Source: Ruminococcus albus 7 = DSM 20455 (GTDB lineage Bacteria > Bacillota > Clostridia > Oscillospirales > Ruminococcaceae). From it: a stretch of 32,000 nucleotides of DNA. Numbering within the stretch: the first letter of the stretch is position 1; each line of letters opens with the position of its first letter. The notes under the pieces are model-generated. The model ran no database searches. It was not told the DNA's origin and was given only the letters and a program-made list of their open reading frames with translations. This document shows positions 26,469-32,000 of this stretch, one piece after another. Both the position numbers and the translations under genes were made by a program. The DNA lies in assembly GCF_000179635.2 (NCBI RefSeq), contig NC_014833.1:480001-512000 (forward strand), written 5' to 3'.

Positions 26469-29400
26469 ATGGAAAGGAATCCTAAACAAAGACCTTTGAT
26501 AGGTGTTGTTATAAATGAGCCTGATCAGGATTTTTATAATAAAGCGCTGTATCATGTCCAGAAGGAGATTTTTGCACATGATGCTGACGCTGCAATCTTC
26601 AATACCCTGCTGACTCAGATCGATCAGGTGGGCGTAGAAAACTCTGTCTTCTCGCTGATAGAGCCGGGTCTGCTTGATGGTATGATCGTGTTCGGATATA
26701 CAATAAAGAATGAGGATGCTAAAGCGAGTATACTCCGTATCATAGACCACAGTGATCTTCCTGCGGTATGTATCGGTTTGGAAACTGAGAATATGACCAG
26801 CATCATGTTCGATAACGATGAGTGTACGGATAAGATAGTCAGACATCTGACAGAGTGGCATCATGTAAATGATGTATGTTTCGTCAGTGGTCCTGAGGAC
26901 AGCATTTTCCATAACAGAGTACTGAAAAGCTTTAGAAAGGCATTTTCGGAACAGGGGATAGATCTGACTGATGACAGGATAATCTACGGTCCTGACTGGA
27001 TAGGTGAATATACCTCGGTGGCTGATGATATACTTGATCACGGCTTGCCGCAGGCTATTGTATGCATAAGTGATTTTACAGCTGCGGGAGTTATCGGTGC
27101 TCTTACTGAGAAAGGTGTACATATACCCGAGGATGTTATTGTTACGGGCTACAGCATGAATGAACCCTTTGCATCTGATTATATTAACATAACCTCCATC
27201 GAGCGCCGTCCTGAAACTATGGCGGTAGAGGCTGTGAGAAAACTTTTTGCCAAGATAAAATGGGAGGAGTATGTTCCTGCGGAGAGAAAGCCATGCTGTG
27301 TACTTCGCAAGGGTGTTACCTGCGGATGTGAAAGGATCAATCTTGCAGAGCTTTCTCGCTCGGCAATGGATAATATGGTATCTACAAGGCGTTCGGGATT
27401 TGATTCATACTATAACGATATGTCTGAAACGCTGGTAAACGCTGAAAGCTTTGACGAATTTTTATGGAGACTTGATTGGTATACCCGTTACCTTGGGGAT
27501 TTTGAGAGTTTCTGGCTATGCATTAATGATGGCATAATGCACGTGCTCGGTGACAAGCTGGAGGATTATTCCGAAACGCTGTCCATAGCCTACAGCCGAC
27601 AGAACGGCAAGGGTGCTGTCCCGGGCGGAGCGGGATTCAGCAGGCGCGAACTTCTTCCTGCTATATTCGGTGAAAGGGACAAGCCGAGTGCTTTTATATT
27701 CAACTGTCTGCATTTCAGACACGTGAATTATGGGTATACTGTGCTTTCGTACGGCGATTCAGGTGCTTTTTTTGATAAGCACTACGTTATGTGGCTGCGG
27801 TATGCGGCTATTGCTTTGGAAAAGCAGAGAAGGCATGTACTTTATAATGACAGCGTTTCCGATGACCAGATCAGAGATTCGCTGACGGGTCTGCTGAATG
27901 TTAAAGGATATAAAAAGGTCATGACACAGCGCTGCGGCAGCTTTGACCGTCCTGATATGATCATGAGGATAATCTCTGTAGATGTTGAGAACCTGAGAGG
28001 TATAAACTCTGCCTACGGATACAGTGAGGGCGACAGGGTACTTCAAAGGCTGGCTATGATACTCAACAACAGCGCAGGCGAGGACGATATCTGCGTAAGG
28101 GTCAGCGGCGATGAGTTCTTTATTTGCGGACTTATGGAGGCAGCTGTGCCTGTGGACGATGTTCCTGTTAATCTTGAAAGGAACCTTGATGCGTTCAATT
28201 CTGATTCGACAATAGATTTCGGTGTGCATTTCTATACTTCAAGAGTGGTTGCACCCCTTACTTCTGCGGAAATACTTGATACTCTGCCGTACGAAGCAAA
28301 TTATCAGCGTACGCTGGCCAAGGATAATCATAAAAAGAAGCGTACAGGTATCGCTGACGGACGGGAAAACAAGAGTGCGGAGCACTATGATGAGGATGAG
28401 AGAAAGCTGGTCGCAAAGATACTCAACGATGACCTGCTGACCTACCACTTCCAGCCTATAGTAAGTGCCAGGACCGGTGATATAGTTGCATATGAGGCAC
28501 TTATGAGATATGAGGGAGAGGTGAAGATATCTCCTATAACGATACTGAGCCATGCGTCTGCTATGGGCAGGCTTGATGATGTTGAAAGACATACCATGTA
28601 CAACCTGTTCAAATTCGTTCATGAGCATCAGGATGATCTGGGTGAGAGACAGCTGTTCATAAACAGTATACCTTCATGTACCCTGCCTGACAAGGACTTT
28701 GAAGAACTATGCAGTACCTACAGCGATATCGTCAAGAAAATAGTTATAGAGTTTACGGAGCAGACCGAAGCCAGCACACAGCAGCTTGAAAAGGTGCTGG
28801 AGAGGCGCAGCCGCTACGGCATAGGCATAGCTATAGACGATTATGGAACGGGCTATTCCAATATAAGCAATCTGCTGACATTCATGCCGAACTGCGTGAA
28901 AATAGACAGAAGCCTTATCATGAATATCCATGAGGATAAGCGCAGACAGCATTTTGTTAAGAATATAATCGACTATGCGCGCGATAATCATTTCAAGGTA
29001 CTGGCAGAAGGCGTTGAGAAAACAGAGGAGCTCAGAACTGTCACAGGCATGGGCATAGACCTCATACAGGGATATCTGACAGCACGTCCTGCACCCGAAC
29101 CGATAAAAGTAATACGTGCTGATATCAGGGATAAAATAAGAGAATGCAACCGTGTGAATGAGAATATAAAGGTCAAAAAGACTTTCTTTGCAGGAGGTGA
29201 ACGCGAGCTTTCGCTGATGGCATTGGATTTTGATGACTATACAGAGGTATTTGTCACTGACGGCAACTGTGCATTGAAAGGTACAGAGGGATACACTTCA
29301 TCACTTTGTATAAAGAACAAAGATGGTCTTGATTGCAGGCTGAGACTGGATAGTGTAAGTCTGTCGGGCGAAAACAATGAGGCATCTATAATCGTCGGAA

Positions 29401-30209
29401 AGGGCAGCAGACTGACGCTGGAGATAGAAGGTAATGTACTGCTGGGCGGTTCTATAAGTGTTCCGACGGGAGCATGGCTGGATATAGTCGGCAAAGGTGA
29501 CCTTATGATGCGGTCGTATATGACACAGAGCTATGGCATAGGTTCGGATCCTCTCAGCGGTTATGGCATGATAAATGTTCATCTGAACGGCAGACTGGAT
29601 ATCAGCATAGATGGAGAACATTGTATAGGCATAGGAGGAGGCTTCGCTTCGCCTAACAGCAAGATCGAGATATGCTCTGAAGATGTGGATATCGAGCTGG
29701 CGGGCAAGCACCTTATATGTGTCGGAGCGATAGATTCCGACACTTCGGTAACGATCAGGGATACCAGGCTGCTAATGTCGACACACTGCGTTGAGGGTAT
29801 GGGTATAGGCAGCAGCAAGGGCGAACTGGATCTGTTGGTCGAAAACAGTGAGCTGAAATATGATGCATCAGGTGATAATATCTCCTGTATATGTGTTTCC
29901 GATAAAAAGAGCGGCAAGGCTGTACTGCGTGGGACTGAGATCTCAGCAACTATGCGCGGAAAGAATCTGATGGCTATAGGTTCGTCGAATGGTAATGCCT
30001 CGGTAAATGCCGAAAACTGTATATTCGATATACTGGGTGAAGGTGCAAGGGCTATGGGCTTAGGCGGTGCCGATCCTGAAACGGAAGTGAACCTGAAAAA
30101 TTGCAGCGGCCATATCAAATTCAGCTCCAGCCATTGTGAGGTGTTTGAGGTTGCGGAGGATAAGCTGAAGCAGGAGGATTGTGATATCAAGATCAGTCTG
30201 AATGAGTGA
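26469..30209 (+). CDS. Multidomain c-di-GMP turnover protein: LacI-type ligand-binding domain, unknown region, GGDEF (SGDEF), EAL, and a C-terminal ~29-aa repeat domain
   Basis: No TM helix or signal peptide. Residue numbers are counted from the 26445 ORF start.
- aa ~17-272 resemble a LacI/PBP type-1 sugar-binding core (IGVVI, DGMIVFG, FDNDECT, CFVSGP, AIVCISDFTAAG, IPEDVIVTGY) without an HTH.
- The GGDEF domain has DSLTGLLN and RVSGDEFFI.
- The EAL domain has YEALMRY, IEFTE, DDYGTGYS, KIDRS, EGVE and QGY.
- ATG 26469 lies 7 nt after GGGGGA and is preferred over 26445. Confidence 0.85.
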   Translation: MERNPKQRPLIGVVINEPDQDFYNKALYHVQKEIFAHDADAAIFNTLLTQIDQVGVENSVFSLIEPGLLDGMIVFGYTIKNEDAKASILRIIDHSDLPAVCIGLETENMTSIMFDNDECTDKIVRHLTEWHHVNDVCFVSGPEDSIFHNRVLKSFRKAFSEQGIDLTDDRIIYGPDWIGEYTSVADDILDHGLPQAIVCISDFTAAGVIGALTEKGVHIPEDVIVTGYSMNEPFASDYINITSIERRPETMAVEAVRKLFAKIKWEEYVPAERKPCCVLRKGVTCGCERINLAELSRSAMDNMVSTRRSGFDSYYNDMSETLVNAESFDEFLWRLDWYTRYLGDFESFWLCINDGIMHVLGDKLEDYSETLSIAYSRQNGKGAVPGGAGFSRRELLPAIFGERDKPSAFIFNCLHFRHVNYGYTVLSYGDSGAFFDKHYVMWLRYAAIALEKQRRHVLYNDSVSDDQIRDSLTGLLNVKGYKKVMTQRCGSFDRPDMIMRIISVDVENLRGINSAYGYSEGDRVLQRLAMILNNSAGEDDICVRVSGDEFFICGLMEAAVPVDDVPVNLERNLDAFNSDSTIDFGVHFYTSRVVAPLTSAEILDTLPYEANYQRTLAKDNHKKKRTGIADGRENKSAEHYDEDERKLVAKILNDDLLTYHFQPIVSARTGDIVAYEALMRYEGEVKISPITILSHASAMGRLDDVERHTMYNLFKFVHEHQDDLGERQLFINSIPSCTLPDKDFEELCSTYSDIVKKIVIEFTEQTEASTQQLEKVLERRSRYGIGIAIDDYGTGYSNISNLLTFMPNCVKIDRSLIMNIHEDKRRQHFVKNIIDYARDNHFKVLAEGVEKTEELRTVTGMGIDLIQGYLTARPAPEPIKVIRADIRDKIRECNRVNENIKVKKTFFAGGERELSLMALDFDDYTEVFVTDGNCALKGTEGYTSSLCIKNKDGLDCRLRLDSVSLSGENNEASIIVGKGSRLTLEIEGNVLLGGSISVPTGAWLDIVGKGDLMMRSYMTQSYGIGSDPLSGYGMINVHLNGRLDISIDGEHCIGIGGGFASPNSKIEICSEDVDIELAGKHLICVGAIDSDTSVTIRDTRLLMSTHCVEGMGIGSSKGELDLLVENSELKYDASGDNISCICVSDKKSGKAVLRGTEISATMRGKNLMAIGSSNGNASVNAENCIFDILGEGARAMGLGGADPETEVNLKNCSGHIKFSSSHCEVFEVAEDKLKQEDCDIKISLNE

Positions 30210-30222
30210 TAATAAAAACATT

Positions 30223-30258
30223 ATCGGCGGCGGAACGAAAGTTCTGCCGCCGATTTTT
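30223..30258 (+). terminator. Strong intrinsic terminator
   Basis: ATCGGCGGC-GGAAC-GAAA-GTTCT-GCCGCCGAT forms a ~14-bp stem with a GAAA loop, followed by TTTTT. Confidence 0.92.
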
Positions 30259-30266
30259 GTCCTATA

Positions 30267-30291
30267 AAACGTTTGATTTCAGGAAACGTTT
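30267..30291. promoter_or_regulatory. Two tandem AAACGTTT palindromes (LacI-family operator-like cores)
   Basis: Exact 8-mers at 30267..30274 and 30284..30291, 17 bp centre to centre. Confidence 0.45.
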
Positions 30292-30537
30292 GCGTAACTG
30301 TACAAGTCAGTGTACAGCGAAAATCTTAGCGGGAAGATGATAGAAGAATTATTGCGGAGGAACAAAGGTTTTAATGAAAAAAATGATGCCGATCGGGATG
30401 ACGGGTGTGAAATTTGCCTATAAAAAATCAAAATACTATATGTAGTATGAACAAAGATGTGTATCGGCAAAATAATGGTGGGTAAGTGAACCGGTAATTT
30501 GCACAAAGAAAAATAATCAATACAAAAAAACACCCGA

Positions 30538-30545
30538 AAACGTTT
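30538..30545. promoter_or_regulatory. AAACGTTT palindrome (operator-like)
   Basis: An exact 8-mer within CGAAAACGTTTAAA. Confidence 0.4.
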
Positions 30546-30804
30546 AAAAATATGAACAGCCGGCATTTGATGTACGAAAAAATGTACGTTAGAGGGAATA
30601 TCTATAAAAGTCGGTAACATTTTATGTAAATTTTGTACACTCATTATTGCGCCTGTTGCTGTTCTGGTAAAAAAATACAGCCCAAAAATTACAAATCAGT
30701 TACAGAGCTAACACTTGAATTTACAAAGTGCACAAAAGCGCAAAGGCGTGTTTGTCTATTGCTACATAATTTATTACATCGGGCAGAAAAATTCCAAAAA
30801 ACAC

Positions 30805-30833
30805 TTGAAATTTGCACGAAAATATAGTATATT
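30805..30833 (+). promoter_or_regulatory. Sigma-A promoter of the LacI-family regulator gene
   Basis: TTGAAA, a 17-nt spacer, then TATATT. Confidence 0.55.
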
Positions 30834-30845
30834 TCTTATTGGCGG

Positions 30846-30885
30846 AAACGTTTGAGATAATAATGGTACGAACGCGTAAACGTTT
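30846..30885. promoter_or_regulatory. Two AAACGTTT palindromes at the lacI-family gene's 5' end (probable autoregulatory operators)
   Basis: Exact 8-mers at 30846..30853 (13 nt after the -10) and 30878..30885. Confidence 0.5.
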
Positions 30886-31921
30886 AACCAACAGAAAGGC
30901 GGAAACATCATTGGTTTCATTAAAAGATATTTCCGTGCGCTGCGGCGTTTCGGTCGCTACTGTCAGCAAGGCGCTGAACGGACATAAGGACGTCAGTGAG
31001 GCGACAAGAGAAAGGCTGCTTAAAGCTGCTAAGGAAATGGGATATTTCCCGAACTCCCAGGCAAGGGCACTGAAAACCAACAGAACACTGAACCTCGGTG
31101 TGATGTTCTCGGATGATGCGGGAAGAGGTCTTACTCACGAATTTTTTGCAAAGGTGCTCAACAGCTTCAAGACAGAGGCTGAATCGGCAGGATATGACAT
31201 CACATTCATAAATAAAAATGTGGGTCGTCAGAAAATGTCCACCTATGAGCATTGCAAGTACCGTAACGTTGACGGCGTGGTGATCGCCTGTACCGATTTC
31301 ACGACTCAGGATGTGTACGAGGTCATAAACGGTGATATACCTGTAGTGACTATCGACCACATATTTGACTGCCGCACAGCGATAATGTCAAATAATGAGA
31401 AAGGGATCGAGGAGCTTGTAAACTATGTGGCCGATATGGGTCACAAGCGTATAGCTTACATACAGGGCAACAGATCAGCCGTTGCGGACAGAAGACTTGC
31501 AGGCTTCTGCAAGGCTTGTATGAACAGAGGGATAGAAGTTGATTCTTCGCTGCTGCTTGCGGGGGATTACCACAATCCTGAAAAGACATACGAGATGACG
31601 AAGGAGCTTATTGCGATGAGCAACAGACCTACCTGTATATTTATGCCTGATGATTATTCATCAATGGGCGGGTTCAATGCCATCAATGATTCGGGGCTGT
31701 CGGTGCCTGAGGATATATCAGTAGTCGGATATGACGGGATCGCATATTCACAGCTGTTATCACCAAAGCTGACAACGTATCTTCAGGATACGGCTGCGAT
31801 CGGCACAGAGGCTGCAAAGCAGCTGATATCGCTGATCGAGAATCCACAGACGACCTTTACAGAGGTCATTACAGTAGACGGACGGCTCATTGAAGGTGCG
31901 TCGGTCAAAAAATTAAAATAG
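30863..31921 (+). CDS. LacI-family transcriptional regulator
   Basis: Has the HTH VSLKDISVRCGVSVATVSKALNG followed by a PBP type-1 core (LGVMFSD, DGVVIAC, VVTIDH, IAYIQG, CIFMPDDYSSMG, VPEDISVVGYD). ATG 30863 is the first ATG. The in-frame TTG 30911 would give a more canonical N-terminus (M-VSLKDI) and would place both operators outside the CDS. Confidence 0.88.
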   Translation: MVRTRKRLTNRKAETSLVSLKDISVRCGVSVATVSKALNGHKDVSEATRERLLKAAKEMGYFPNSQARALKTNRTLNLGVMFSDDAGRGLTHEFFAKVLNSFKTEAESAGYDITFINKNVGRQKMSTYEHCKYRNVDGVVIACTDFTTQDVYEVINGDIPVVTIDHIFDCRTAIMSNNEKGIEELVNYVADMGHKRIAYIQGNRSAVADRRLAGFCKACMNRGIEVDSSLLLAGDYHNPEKTYEMTKELIAMSNRPTCIFMPDDYSSMGGFNAINDSGLSVPEDISVVGYDGIAYSQLLSPKLTTYLQDTAAIGTEAAKQLISLIENPQTTFTEVITVDGRLIEGASVKKLK

Positions 31922-31988
31922 GCATTAATCGCGGCACAATGCTGCGAAAACAATAATATGATAATGCAAAATAAGGAGGAAATTTATC

Positions 31989-32000
31989 ATGGCAAATCTT
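31989..32000 (+). CDS. Start of a downstream gene (truncated by the window edge)
   Basis: ATG 31989 (MANL...) lies 8 nt after AAGGAGGA. Only 4 codons are visible. Confidence 0.35.

Noticed and set aside
26430-27122. 230-aa minus-strand ORF at the 5' end of the c-di-GMP gene
   Set aside because: It is antisense to the well-supported LacI-like domain coding region and has no RBS.
30279-30644. 121-aa minus-strand ORF in the AAACGTTT-rich gap
   Set aside because: It has no SD upstream of the ATG, and its composition is Phe/Ile/His/Ser-rich, as expected from translating AT-rich noncoding DNA. It would run toward the terminator of the upstream gene. It is kept only as a remote possibility.
1-32000. 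Window-wide search by eye for CRISPR arrays, IS or transposon ends, integrases, tandem DNA repeats and rRNA/tRNA genes
   Set aside because: I found no regularly spaced direct repeats, no transposase or recombinase motifs in any listed ORF, and no tRNA-like T-arm or acceptor patterns. The only repeats are the short operator-like motifs and the protein-level repeats reported above.

Overview
This window reads like a low-GC Gram-positive (Clostridia-type) chromosome. It has GGAGG-type ribosome-binding sites, lipobox lipoproteins, a Cheo-type SOS box and about ten near-consensus TTGACA-17-TATAAT promoters. I count about 21 protein-coding genes. I saw no rRNA, tRNA, CRISPR array, transposase or integrase. 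All family calls rest on motif recognition in the supplied translations; no homology search was possible.

Housekeeping backbone: an opine-dehydrogenase-like oxidoreductase, an M24 Xaa-Pro aminopeptidase, aroQ, an L,D-transpeptidase, a Na/Pi cotransporter with PhoU domains, uvrB and uvrA, a PHP phosphoesterase, NAD(P)-malic enzyme, nadA and a LacI-family regulator.

Unusual content:
1. A 1508-aa polytopic membrane protein made of at least six tandem ~110-aa four-helix modules, each with a conserved intramembrane Glu and His. It lies beside a lipoprotein / XRE regulator / small membrane protein operon.
2. A SUKH (SMI1/KNR4) plus PoNi/DUF1911-like immunity-type cassette wedged into the normally contiguous aroQ-pepP pair. 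It overlaps the aroQ 3' end and appears split by a frameshift.
3. A 1246-aa cytoplasmic protein that fuses an HTH-less LacI-type sugar-binding domain, an unknown Cys-containing middle region, an SGDEF diguanylate-cyclase domain, an intact EAL domain and a C-terminal array of ~29-aa Gly-rich solenoid-like repeats.
4. A 650-bp gene-poor gap carrying five exact copies of the palindrome AAACGTTT next to the LacI gene.
5. A GC-rich, hairpin-dense ~400-nt element after uvrA.
6. A divergent XRE / zinc-ribbon-DUF4352 pair with a thrice-repeated 14-mer laid over a consensus promoter.
7. An EEP-family phosphoesterase gene translationally coupled to an orphan nadA.

None of these can be proven novel from sequence alone. 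The giant repeat-built membrane protein and the multidomain c-di-GMP protein are the best candidates for undescribed biology.
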